NCBI RefSeq assembly: GCF_001194135.2
Contig: NC_068984.1
Coordinates: 6,532,485 to 6,596,484, forward strand
Source of the DNA: Octopus bimaculoides
Taxonomy: Eukaryota
Direction: 5' to 3'
Length of the DNA stretch: 64,000 bases
Below are positions 24,835 through 36,419 of the stretch, one piece after another. Position numbers and translations under genes: made by a program. The notes beneath the pieces are model-generated. The model was not told the origin of the DNA. It did no database searches and was given only the letters and a program-made list of their open reading frames with translations. Numbering within the stretch: the first letter of the stretch is position 1; the number at the start of each line of letters is the position of its first letter.

Positions 24835-25234
24835 CATATCCTGATCAAATGAATTAAGAAGTTCGAAAGAAAATCATTGAGATCATGAAAACACATTAAA
24901 CAATTTTCATTCGAGCGCCATCGCACCTCAGTGTGAAGCAACAAACGCTTAAATTTCTCCTTCTTTTAAATGGCAATGCTTCCTCAAGATGTGATGATTG
25001 TGTGGATGAGTTTTGAATGTTTTATTGTTTTAATTACACCATTACTTTAGTCACTAAAATGACGTTATTCCGTTCAAGTCGACTTATTGTGCAACAAAGC
25101 CAGAGTCGATCCTGAAGCGTAAATATCCCAAAGGCAGCAACTATACTGAGATAAGGAATACTGCAACGAGGGAACCTCAAAGCAGACTTGAAATAGCAAC
25201 TAAACATCCCTCCACTCTAATTCTAGCACTTAAA

Positions 25235-25515
25235 AAAAAATCTGGTACTTATTCTATCGCTCTGTTTTGCCGAACCGCTAGATTACAGGGATGTAAACAC
25301 ACCAACACACCAGTTGTCAAGCGGTGCAGTGTCACACAGGCACACACACACACACATACGACGGGTTTATTTCAGTTTCCGTCTACCAAATCCACTCACA
25401 AGTCTTTGGTCGACCCGAAGCTGTAGCAGAGGACACTTACCCAAAGTGCCATACAGTGGGACTGAACCCGGAACGATGTCCATGGGAAGAAGAATCCTTA
25501 CTACACAGCCACGTG
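25235..25515 (-). mobile_element. SINE family B
   Basis: GTACTTATTCTATCG..GCCGAACCGCTAG..TTTCAGTTTCCGTCTACCAAATCCACTCACAAG..CAGTGGGACTGAACCCGGAAC. Confidence 0.85.
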
Positions 25516-26220
25516 AATGCCTTTGCAGAAAGAGTTGAGTCAGTCACGGTTGGAACACCTTTGTTATTAGGTTTGTTCGATCAGTCCTGGCTTGGAACCT
25601 TAACAACAACAACAAAACGTTTAAATTTTATACATAAATATGTTCTACATTTAATCCTAGATTAATCCTTAATTGTCCAAAATAACATTAGGCAAAAATA
25701 TGTCTCCTCATTTTTCAAAATGTTCTCGTGGTATTTAGATCCCATCGAATAAAAATATCTGTGAAAGCGGAGTATTTATGGAGAAATTTAATTGATAAAT
25801 TTATATAAATATAAAGACTTGCGACTTAGTGATAATCTAAATCAAGTGGATGGATTTAAGTAAACAATCTCTTTTACAAGAAAAACAGATTAAAATAATA
25901 AAAACATAGGAACTCCCCACCCAACAAAAACAACATTGACAAACACGTAAATAACCAGGGACAAGCAAAGAGAGAGATTTGCTACAGTAAACATTATAGA
26001 AAGACTAATATGTGTATATGTAATATAATATAGAGATATATACAATACGCAGTATTTGTATCTGTAATATAACATACACACACACACACATATATATATA
26101 CACATACGGATACAACACAAAGAATATCTAAATCGCGTGGCACCGAGGAGCTTGCTTTTGGTGGTGCAGTGAAAGCATGGACAACATAACAGAATTACTA
26201 CTACTACTACTACTACTACT

Positions 26221-26264
<44 letters not shown>

Positions 26265-26279
26265 TAATAATAATAATAA

Positions 26280-26610
26280 GCACTGGCTCTCCTGGCTCCT
26301 GATCTTAACTGATTGGAAGCGTTATCATATTTTATCTTTGTATAAAAGGTGGGCAACAGCAAATATTCTGCATAATACCACAGATTTGCTTGTCAGTTGT
26401 TTGACCATAACCAGTTGAGTATGTCCCTTAGTGGCTGACGATATGTGCATCTCTGATCATGAGCAGAAGTAGTGGAAGAGCATCATAGGCATGTGTTGAG
26501 AGGAATTCTTTGGGGTTTGAATAATTCACCTTTGGAAACATTGGAATTCGTTCAACACCCCTAAACAACCCTTATCCAGGGACCTTTTGAGTGGGATGTG
26601 CTACTCGACC
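26280..26610. repeat. Probable interspersed repeat (3' part of a SINE/LINE-related element) next to a (TAA)n array
   Basis: More GC-balanced block abutting (TAC)n(TAA)n that resembles recurrent octopus repeats as I recall them; not verifiable without a library search. Confidence 0.4.
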
Positions 26611-26819
26611 TCAAAAGAATTCTAACTGGGCCCCGGGTCATGCGCTGTTTATCCAGATATGAAATCACCATGTCGCACACATATGGTTGCGATGCATGTG
26701 CCTGGTGTACCCTTATCAGACGGGTAGTCAAGATGGGTATAAAGGGCTTCGTATATTTTATTGTCGCTTTGATGGCATTCACTTCTCTCTCAGTCAATAA
26801 TATTAATAATCTTTTCTAA

Positions 26820-27005
26820 TAAAGGCCTGGAATTCGTGGAAGTAGGTAAGTCGATTACATCGACTCCAGCGCTCAACTTATTTCATCAACTCCAAAGGAA
26901 TGAAAGGCAGAGTCGACCTCGGTGGAATTTGAACTCACAAAGTAAAGACGGGCGAAATGCCCCTCAGCATTTCGCCTGGCGTGCTAACGATTCTGCCAGC
27001 TCACT
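26820..27005 (-). mobile_element. SINE family A
   Basis: GAATGAAAGGCAGAGTCGACCTCGGTGGAATTTGAACTC..GGCGTGCTAACGATTCTGCCAGCTC. Confidence 0.85.
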
Positions 27006-27011
27006 GCATTA

Positions 27012-27330
<319 letters not shown>

Positions 27331-28329
27331 AGCGTTGAAGATAAAATTTTGATTGCTTAAATTTATGGAGGATGTTGATTTAATCCAAATTTTATCCAGA
27401 TCTATGACAGACGCGGATTTCTGTTGAATTCAGCTACCAAGGTATTAGAACACCAATANNNNNNNNNNNNNNNNNNNNNNNNNNNNNNNNNNNNNNNNNN
27501 NNNNNNNNNNNNNNNNNNNNNNNNNNNNNNNNNNNNNNNNNNNNNNNNNNNNNNNNNNNNNNNNNNNNNNNNNNNNNNNNNNNNNNNNNNNNNNNNNNNN
27601 NNNNNNNNNNNNNNNNNNNNNNNNNNNNNNNNNNNNNNNNNNNNNNNNNNNNNNNNNNNNNNNNNNNNNNNNNNNNNNNNNNNNNNNNNNNNNNNNNNNN
27701 NNNNNNNNNNNNNNNNNNNNNNNNNNNNNNNNNNNNNNNNNNNNNNNNNNNNNNNNNNNNNNNNNNNNNNNNNNNNNNNNNNNNNNNNNNNNNNNNNNNN
27801 NNNNNNNNNNNNNNNNNNNNNNNNNNNNNNNNNNNNNNNNNNNNNNNNNNNNNNNNNNNNNNNNNNNNNNNNNNNNNNNNNNNNNNNNNNNNNNNNNNNN
27901 NNNNNNNNNNNNNNNNNNNNNNNNNNNNNNNNNNNNNNNNNNNNNNNNNNNNNNNNNNNNNNNNNNNNNNNNNNNNNNNNNNNNNNNNNNNNNNNNNNNN
28001 NNNNNNNNNNNNNNNNNNNNNNNNNNNNNNNNNNNNNNNNNNNNNNNNNNNNNNNNNNNNNNNNNNNNNNNNNNNNNNNNNNNNNNNNNNNNNNNNNNNN
28101 NNNNNNNNNNNNNNNNNNNNNNNNNNNNNNNNNNNNNNNNNNNNNNNNNNNNNNNNNNNNNNNNNNNNNNNNNNNNNNNNNNNNNNNNNNNNNNNNNNNN
28201 NNNNNNNNNNNNNNNNNNNNNNNNNNNNNNNNNNNNNNNNNNNNNNNNNNNNNNNNNNNNNNNNNNNNNNNNNNNNNNNNNNNNNNNNNNNNNNNNNNNN
28301 NNNNNNNNNNNNNNNNNNNNNNNNNNNNN

Positions 28330-28385
<56 letters not shown>

Positions 28386-28707
28386 TACATATACACGAAC
28401 AAGTCTGATAAAGGCAATGCTGCGTTATAAAGAATAAGTTTTGATGGCTATAAAAGATTTCTTCACTTTATCAAGCCACATTGCCAATAACCGTATTTCC
28501 ATAGACAGAACAGCATATTAATAGTATCTGGCGAATATTTACTACGGGAATTATGGTTACATAGTTGATGCCACAGGGAGATATCTAGACCGGAATCAGC
28601 GCTCATTAATCTTCTCCCTACCGTTTCAAGAACCGACCACTTATCCCCATCTTTCTCTTTCGCAGTATTGCTCTACCGTTAATCTGATACGAAACGAAAT
28701 ATCTCAC

Positions 28708-28764
28708 TATTATTATTATTACTATTATTATTATTATTATGATTATTATTACTATTATTATTAT

Positions 28765-28826
<62 letters not shown>

Positions 28827-28850
28827 TCATTAAAATTATCATCATCATCA

Positions 28851-28894
<44 letters not shown>

Positions 28895-29090
28895 GTTATT
28901 GTTATTATACTGAAAATGAAAAATAAACAATTTAAAAATATTCAAAAATATCGTTATTATTATTGTTGTTGTTCTTGTTGATGTTGCCGTTGGTGATGAT
29001 GACGATGCTGTTGTTGTTGTTGTGCATGATGAGGATGATGACGATGATGATGATGATGATGATGATGATATTGACGATTGTGATGATGAT
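28708..29090. repeat. (TAT)/(TAC)/(CAT)/(GAT) compound trinucleotide microsatellite
   Basis: Visible directly in the sequence. Confidence 0.9.
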
Positions 29091-29160
29091 ATAGCTACTA
29101 TTAATTTATAATTTTCGGATATTTAATTTTTTTCTTATTTTCATTATTCAAGGAATGAAT

Positions 29161-29359
29161 GTGGCGAGCTGGCTGAATCTTTAGCACGCCAGACAAAATG
29201 ATTACATTCTTTACATCCTGCGTTCAAATTCCGCCGAAGTCGACTTTGTCTTTCATCCTTTCGGAGTCGATAAATAAACGACCAGCGAAACACTAGGATC
29301 AACGTAATCGACTTATCCCCTCTTCCAAAATTACTGCCCTTGTGGCAAAATTTGAAACC

Positions 29360-29360
<1 letters not shown>
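29161..29360 (+). mobile_element. SINE family A ending in a (TTA)n array
   Basis: GTGGCGAGCTGGC..GCGTTCAAATTCCGCCGAAGTCGACTTTG..AAATTTGAAACCG followed by (TTA)n. Confidence 0.85.
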
Positions 29361-29395
<35 letters not shown>

Positions 29396-30192
29396 TCTCT
29401 TTATCCCAGGTTTTGTAAGAACACCTGGAGTCATGAATGCGTAGCAGGCTTTCCTCCCGCAGTGTACGGCACCATGCTATCAGTTGTTTTCAACTGTCTA
29501 ATACTTTCTTGATTATTCTGGCTGTGCCAAGGAAGGGGGCAAACCTTTTTAAACAGTTCTACTAAATATTTTGTCCGGCGTACTAACAGTTCTACTCTAT
29601 TCCAATTTCCTTTATATTCCTCTTGATGCCTTCTGATACTATCCCTAAGGAACCAATAATAATTGGTATTATCTTCACCGTCTTTTTTTTTTTGCCATAG
29701 CCTCGCTATTTCGTACTTAAGAGGGTTGTATTTATCTATTTTTTTCGTCTTCTTAACTATTGGTGGGACAAAGAGACACACACCAACTATATAGCACATG
29801 TGGTGTATCTTGCCGTCCACCACTAGGTTCGGTCTGTTATGCACTAGCACCTGATTTGTTTGGATTGGGAAATCCCAGAAGATTTTGCAAGTCTATGACC
29901 CTGACACTCTCTGCGGTCTGTGCTCATACCACGTCTTTCCCCCATTTTTTGCACAGTTTCCAACGTAGCACTTTCGCTACGCCTTTCCTTCCTTCTCTAC
30001 TTTCAATACTCCCTCCTTCCTAACTCCCTCCTTCCTAACTGTCACTAGCAAAGTTTCCTTACTTTGGGATAAATATCTCATTAAGCTCTCGAGTTCGATA
30101 CGTACGTAGTCTTCCATACTCATCAGACCTCTTCTTCCATTTGCTCTCTTCATGTATAGGCGATCAGTGTCTGCACGTGGATGATGGGCTCC
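29396..30192 (-). mobile_element. 5'-truncated R4/Dong-clade LINE, 3' end with (TAA)n tail
   Basis: HPRADTDRLYMKRANGRRGLMSMED and HNRPNLVV...KIDKYNPLKYEIARLWQ. The 3' UTR ends in the array at 29361-29395. Confidence 0.85.
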
Positions 30193-32105
30193 ATTATTAT
30201 TCAGCAGTTTTATTTTTATCACGTGTTTTCACTGCATTACCCATCACAGCTCTGTGGGCCTAGGGTATGTGCTGTGGCTTGTTTTGGTATCGTTATTTTC
30301 ATTGTATTGAAAGTGCTTTATGTAGGATCTGCGCGGTGCCTCGTAGTGCTATTTTCTACGTTATTTATATTCGTAAGTCCTACTCTTTTGGTCATGTATT
30401 TCACTGTGTCTTTTTAAATCATACCTAATGCACCTATTATTATAGGGATTGTTTCTACTTTTAGACTCAACATTCAAGTTACCCCATTTTTGTATTTTGA
30501 GAGTGTCTCCCTTTCTTTTAGATATACATTACCGTTTATTGGAATGTCGATTAGATATCATTTTTTTCTTGAAGATCTCTGACAACTATATCTAATCTAT
30601 TAAGCTTGATCATTCTATCTGCGTATTGGCATATTATGGAGGCGCAATGGTTAGGTAGTGGAATCGCAGTCGTAGGATGGCAGTTTCGATTCCCAGACCG
30701 GGCGTTGTGAGTGTTTATAGAGCAAAAACACTCAAAGCTCCACGAGGCTCCGGCAGAGAGTGTTGGCGAACCCTGCTGTACTCTTTCACAACTTCCTCAC
30801 ACTCTTTCTTCCTGTTTCTATTGTACCTGTTTTTCAAAGCTTTGTCATACTCTGTGAGACGCTGAGTATCACCGAGAACTACGTTAAGGGTACACGTGTC
30901 TGTGGAGTGCTCAGCCACATGCACGTTAATTTTACGAGCAGGCTGTTCCGTTGATTGGATCAACTGGAACCCTCGTTGCAGTAACCGACGAAGTGCCACG
31001 ATTGGAATATTCCTGAGTGTGGTTGCTTTGTCATTTTCTGAGACCTTTTCTGGGATATGCCTATACCATCTTTTTTCTGTAGTATTAGTATAACTTTCAG
31101 TGTATATAAGTCCCATTTCTGTCATGCCCGCGAATATATTCTTTCTTAGCCAGGACCAAGCAACCAGAGACAATATGATTCATTGTTTCTTTCCCATCAT
31201 CGCTTATTCTGCAGTTGCTTGTTGTACTTTTCTTCAATATGTGTTTCTGGTGGTAAGGGTTTGATCTTGTGTCACCGTTAAAAATCCTTCAGTCTCCTCT
31301 TCACGTCCTGAGCTTCTCTACCATTGTCTGAATTTTACTTTGCTTCTATCCCAATATTTGCCATATAAGGGCTTTTCTTGCCTTCATTCTATCATGGAAT
31401 TTTAGCTTAGACTTCATTTGCTTTACAGCTTTTGATATTTGCTCTTTTACTTCACAATTATAAGGTACTATGACTTCTTTCTTGCATTTTTCGGTTTCCT
31501 TAAAGACAGGAAATATTTTTTCCTAGTTTTGTGGCTATATGTATCAGTTTTCCTTGGTTCTCAGCTATGTAACCCCATGGTGTTTACTTAGTAATTTTCT
31601 AGTTGCATAAGGCCTCTATCACTTTCAATTCGTTGTATATATCATCTTTCTATATCACATTTTGGGTAGTGTATTCTAAATTCCGCCATTAGTTTTCTGT
31701 CTAGTTTGGTTAGTTCATTTCGTGTCCAATTAACAAAATTGAAACTAACTTATAACTGGGAGAGTCAACGTATTATTTTGTTTTTCGCATTGAGCTCTGT
31801 TTTAAGTATTTATCTAACTTGTCTATAATATTCCTTCCTTATCTTCTCTTTCATTTGTGTGTGCTGTACCGTATCTAGTTCATTGATTTCTAAGTGTTTG
31901 GGTTTGGTCTAATTCTCTTCTTTCATTTTATTTATCCAGTGTTGTATTATTACTCTTAACTAGTTTTCCTCTTTTCAATGTTGCTTTCGCACATTTTCCA
32001 AAGCCAAATTTCATATTTTTTCTTTGGTAAATCCATGCACTGTCTGTAATAATGTTCGCAGTTGTTCATCATTTGAAGCATATAGTCTTAGATCATTCAT
32101 ATACA
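30193..32105 (-). mobile_element. Second R4/Dong-clade LINE (RT to 3' end), interrupted by a SINE
   Basis: MNDLRLYASNDEQLRTLLQTVHGF (~32100, degenerate YMDDLKL), KRWYRHIPEKVSENDKAT, NMPIRADRMIKLNRLDIVV and KVETIPIIIGALG, with a (TAA)3 tail at 30193-30201. Confidence 0.85.
30636..31000 (+). mobile_element. SINE family C with 11-bp target duplication
   Basis: GGAGGCGCAATGG..GGCAGTTTCGATTCCCAGACCGGGCG..GTAACCGACGAAGTGCCA, flanked by ATTGGCATATT (30625-30635) and ATTGGAATATT (31001-31011). Confidence 0.9.
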
Positions 32106-32289
32106 AGAGATGGTTAATTGTGTTTATCGTAGCAGTTGTATCAAGATCCATTTCTGTTTAGAATGTCAATTAAAAGCGTCAGTGCCAGGCAAAAACGCGT
32201 CTCCTTGCAATATTCCTCTCCTCATGCGGATGGCTTTAGTTTCGATGATTCCCTCTTTTGTCTGGAGCTGCAGCATTGTTTGCCATTTA

Positions 32290-32640
32290 TTCATGCATGT
32301 ATGTCTTTATGTCTATGTTTGTCCCCCACCACCGCTTGACGACCGGTGCTGGTGTGTTTACGTCTCCGTAACCTAGCGGAACGGCAAAAGAGACCTATAG
32401 AATAAGTACTAGGCTTTAAAAAATAAGTCTGGAGCTGGATTTGTTCGGCTAAAGGCCATCAAGGCTGTGCCCCAGCATGGCCGCAGTCTAATGACTGAAA
32501 CAAGTAAAGTGATAAAAAGATCTTTTATTTTTTTACTCTTTTACTTGATTCACTCATTTGACTGCGGCCATGCTGGAGCGCCACCTTGAATGATTAATCG
32601 ACTTCTTTTAAGCCTAGTACTTATTCTAGCGGTCTCTACT
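32290..32640. mobile_element. Two SINE family B 3' halves, tail-to-tail
   Basis: Plus copy 32290-32520 (GTCCCCCACCACCGCTTGAC..GCATGGCCGCAGTC) and minus copy 32530-32640 (GACTGCGGCCATGCTGG..TAAGCCTAGTACTTATTC). Confidence 0.8.
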
Positions 32641-32893
32641 TGGCTCCTGCTCTCTCTTCTTGGCTCCTCCTCTCTCTTCCTGGTTCTTGCTCTCTCTTTT
32701 TGGCTCATCCTCTCTCATCTTGGCCCTTCCTCTTTCCTCTTGGCCCCTCCTCTCTCCTCTTGGCTCCTTCTCTCTCTTCTTGGCTCATCCTCTCTCCTCT
32801 TGGCTCCTCCTCCCTTCTCTTGGCTCCTTCTCTCTCTCCTTGGCTCCTCCTCTCTTTCTGGCTCCTCCTCTCTTTCTGGCTCCTCCTCTCTCT
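32640..32893. repeat. Pyrimidine-rich minisatellite of TGGCTCCT(CT)n units (~17-20 bp)
   Basis: More than a dozen TGGCTC/TGGCCC-initiated units separated by CT runs. Confidence 0.9.
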
Positions 32894-33334
32894 ATCCGTG
32901 GGAGTATATTTAATGGGTATAAGGAAAGGTAAAGTGTTCATGTCAACCATACTCAAATTATAAATAATGTCTCTCTCTCTTCCCCCAATCTCTCGATCTC
33001 TTTATAGGTATGTACATCTTTCTGCGCACACGCATGTCAATGTCTTCACCTCTAGTGCTAAACAGGCTCAATATCCAGTCATCCGCGCCAAATCGCCAGC
33101 GTCCGAACATCTACGCTTAATCGTCTCATTCCTTGCACAGCTAAATGCATCTTAACATAACTCTCAGGCTGCAATCAGTGTAACACAGTGTGCGACGAGG
33201 ATGGATTATTCGATTATTTATAAAATGAAATAAACGGGCTTCACTGCAGTTTCCGTCAGCTCGTTTCGTACATAAGCATTGAGTCAATCTAAAGCTATGA
33301 TAAAAGACGCTTATTCAGTATGCCATATAGTGGG

Positions 33335-33960
33335 ATTGACCCGTGGACAACATGATTGCGAAGCGAACCTCTTAACCACTCGGTTCTGCCTATGTACATG
33401 CACAAGGCTTGCAATTTTAGGGAAGGGAATAAATTGATTACAGCGAAGCCAGGGCTTATTTTATCGGCCCCGGAAGAATGAGAGGTAAAGTTGACTTCGG
33501 CAGAATTTGAACTCAGAATGTAAAGAGCAGGAACTTTTAGTAGATGCGCTGACGATTCCGCCAGCTCACCATTTAAATAATAATAATTTTTACCACTGAC
33601 TGGTATTTTATTCTATCGATTCTAAAGGGATGAAAAGAATAGGTGACCTCGGCAAGATTTAGACTCAGAATGAAAAGTGCCAAAAGAAATGTCTTGAAAC
33701 GTTTTGTTCGATTCTACCAGCTTTACCGCCGTGTCATCTTCTAATAATGGTCCCAAATTTTGGCACTAGATCAGTAATTTTGGGGAAGTGTAGAAGTCGA
33801 TACGTTGATTCCAGTAATCCACTGGTACTTATTTTATCGCCCCTGAAAGGGTGAAAGTCAAAGTCACCTCGGTGGAATTTGAACTCTTATCGCAAAGGCA
33901 GACGAAATCCAGCTAAGCATTTTGTCAGCCGAGCTGATGATTCTACCAGCTCGCCACCTT
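33335..33960 (-). mobile_element. Cluster of same-orientation SINE fragments (one B-like head, three family A copies)
   Basis: Three repeats of ..TGACTTCGGCAGAATTTGAACTC / GACCTCGGCAAGATTTAGACTC / CACCTCGGTGGAATTTGAACTC. Confidence 0.75.
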
Positions 33961-34344
33961 TGCCATCTCCTAATAATATAGAGTTAAGCCAGAGAACTTC
34001 AACACCCCCACCCACCGGCTAATTTATATATAAACCACGTGATGTAAATTACGCAGCAGTGATTCATTATCGTATATCAATATGTGGGAAGAATAATTGG
34101 AGAAGGGGGCGGGAGGTGGTTATCTTCTAATACTGATCATCACAGATTTACAAGCAGCCAGTCACGTTCATGTTCTTGTTGTTGTTGTTCTAAGTCTTGC
34201 TTTGGTGTTTTTGTTGTTATTGGTGGTGGAGGCGGTCTAATGACCAATACTGTTTTATTTTTGAAGTATTTGTTATTGTTGTTGTTGCTATTTCTGATCT
34301 TATCATTGCTGTTGTTGTTGTGCCGTTACTGTTGTTATGATTCT

Positions 34345-34967
34345 TTTACTTGATTCAATCACCAGGCTGCGGCCATGCTAGGGCACCACTTTGAAAATAT
34401 TCTACTCAAACGAATCGACTTACATCCCTAACTTTTATTTTTAAAGCCTGGTATTTATTCTAGTAGTCTTTTGCGCCGAAGCGTTAAGTTACGGAGACAT
34501 AAACACGCCAACACCGGTTGTGAAGTGGTGGTGGGGACAAGCACAGATACACATACGCACAATCCTCGCCCCCACCACGCATATATGATGGGATTCTATC
34601 AGTTTCCGTCTGACGAATTCACTCTCAAGATTTTGGTTGACCCGAGGCTATAGTAGAAAACGCTTGCCCAAAGGCCCACGCAGTGGGACTGAGCCCGGAA
34701 CATTATGGTTGGGAAGCAATCTTCTTACCACACAGCCACGCCTTTGCCTATGATTGTTGTTGTTGCTTTTGCAAAATGCGCTTTTTATTATTTTTTAAAA
34801 TTTGTTTCAGTCATTTTCACAAATCGACCCGAGGACTTACTTTTTGTAAGCCTAGTACTTATTCTATCGTTCTCCTTTTGCCTAACTGCTAAGTTACGGG
34901 GACGTAAACACACTAGCATCGGTTGTCAAGTGAGGGTAGCGGCGGACAAACACAGACGCACAAACAT

Positions 34968-34975
<8 letters not shown>
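34345..34975 (-). mobile_element. SINE family B full copy (34345-34745) plus a second 3' half (34815-34975)
   Basis: GCTGCGGCCATGCTAG..TAAGTTACGGAGACATAAACAC..CAGTTTCCGTC..GCAGTGGGACTGAGCCCGGAAC..TTACCACACAGCCAC. Confidence 0.85.
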
Positions 34976-35008
<33 letters not shown>

Positions 35009-35273
35009 CATACACAACTACGTACATATATACATACATACGTACATACATTCATACATACATATGTGCATGCATGCATACATACATAACTGCCCTGTCA
35101 GTACATAGACTTGTGCTATAAATGTGGCCATAAGGGTCTTTGGCTCTTATTTCTAGCAATGTAGGTGCTACACTACCACTGCACCCTCAGTCACTATTAG
35201 TGAGAATTAATTTTTTCCTTTCTGCTTTCATGTTACGCTTAGCCACATTTATTATTTCATATATATACACACT

Positions 35274-35307
<34 letters not shown>

Positions 35308-35367
35308 AATTCATAAGAGTGGTACAACAAGGCACCGATATTTACTGGACAATAGCACTCGATATAA

Positions 35368-35406
<39 letters not shown>

Positions 35407-36419
35407 ACGACGACCACTAAGTGGACAGTTAATGTGCTGACTTCCTGGTAATAAATCGATATTAATTAATATCTGATTTTTTTACCCTNNNNNNNNNNNN
35501 NNNNNNNNNNNNNNNNNNNNNNNNNNNNNNNNNNNNNNNNNNNNNNNNNNNNNNNNNNNNNNNNNNNNNNNNNNNNNNNNNNNNNNNNNNNNNNNNNNNN
35601 NNNNNNNNNNNNNNNNNNNNNNNNNNNNNNNNNNNNNNNNNNNNNNNNNNNNNNNNNNNNNNNNNNNNNNNNNNNNNNNNNNNNNNNNNNNNNNNNNNNN
35701 NNNNNNNNNNNNNNNNNNNNNNNNNNNNNNNNNNNNNNNNNNNNNNNNNNNNNNNNNNNNNNNNNNNNNNNNNNNNNNNNNNNNNNNNNNNNNNNNNNNN
35801 NNNNNNNNNNNNNNNNNNNNNNNNNNNNNNNNNNNNNNNNNNNNNNNNNNNNNNNNNNNNNNNNNNNNNNNNNNNNNNNNNNNNNNNNNNNNNNNNNNNN
35901 NNNNNNNNNNNNNNNNNNNNNNNNNNNNNNNNNNNNNNNNNNNNNNNNNNNNNNNNNNNNNNNNNNNNNNNNNNNNNNNNNNNNNNNNNNNNNNNNNNNN
36001 NNNNNNNNNNNNNNNNNNNNNNNNNNNNNNNNNNNNNNNNNNNNNNNNNNNNNNNNNNNNNNNNNNNNNNNNNNNNNNNNNNNNNNNNNNNNNNNNNNNN
36101 NNNNNNNNNNNNNNNNNNNNNNNNNNNNNNNNNNNNNNNNNNNNNNNNNNNNNNNNNNNNNNNNNNNNNNNNNNNNNNNNNNNNNNNNNNNNNNNNNNNN
36201 NNNNNNNNNNNNNNNNNNNNNNNNNNNNNNNNNNNNNNNNNNNNNNNNNNNNNNNNNNNNNNNNNNNNNNNNNNNNNNNNNNNNNNNNNNNNNNNNNNNN
36301 NNNNNNNNNNNNNNNNNNNNNNNNNNNNNNNNNNNNNNNNNNNNNNNNNNNNNNNNNNNNNNNNNNNNNNNNNNNNNNNNNNNNNNNNNNNNNNNNNNNN
36401 NNNNNNNNNNNNNNNNNNA

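Larger units (their letters stand above)
23798..25030 (-). mobile_element. Buster/Charlie-type hAT transposon remnant (C-terminal transposase plus one TIR)
   Basis: KFKRLLLHTEVRW (~24920-24958), MKLMKAKATLNAFISKL, YCSHLQTLKED and LNKQRNQITLRILLTNIEPDIENLV. TIR CAGTGGTTCTTAACC at 23798 is preceded by AACTAAAG, which fits the nnnTAnnn target pattern. Confidence 0.85.

Noticed and set aside
32640-32893. Regular repeat array as CRISPR-like
   Set aside because: Eukaryotic context, no unique spacers and no cas genes; it is a minisatellite.
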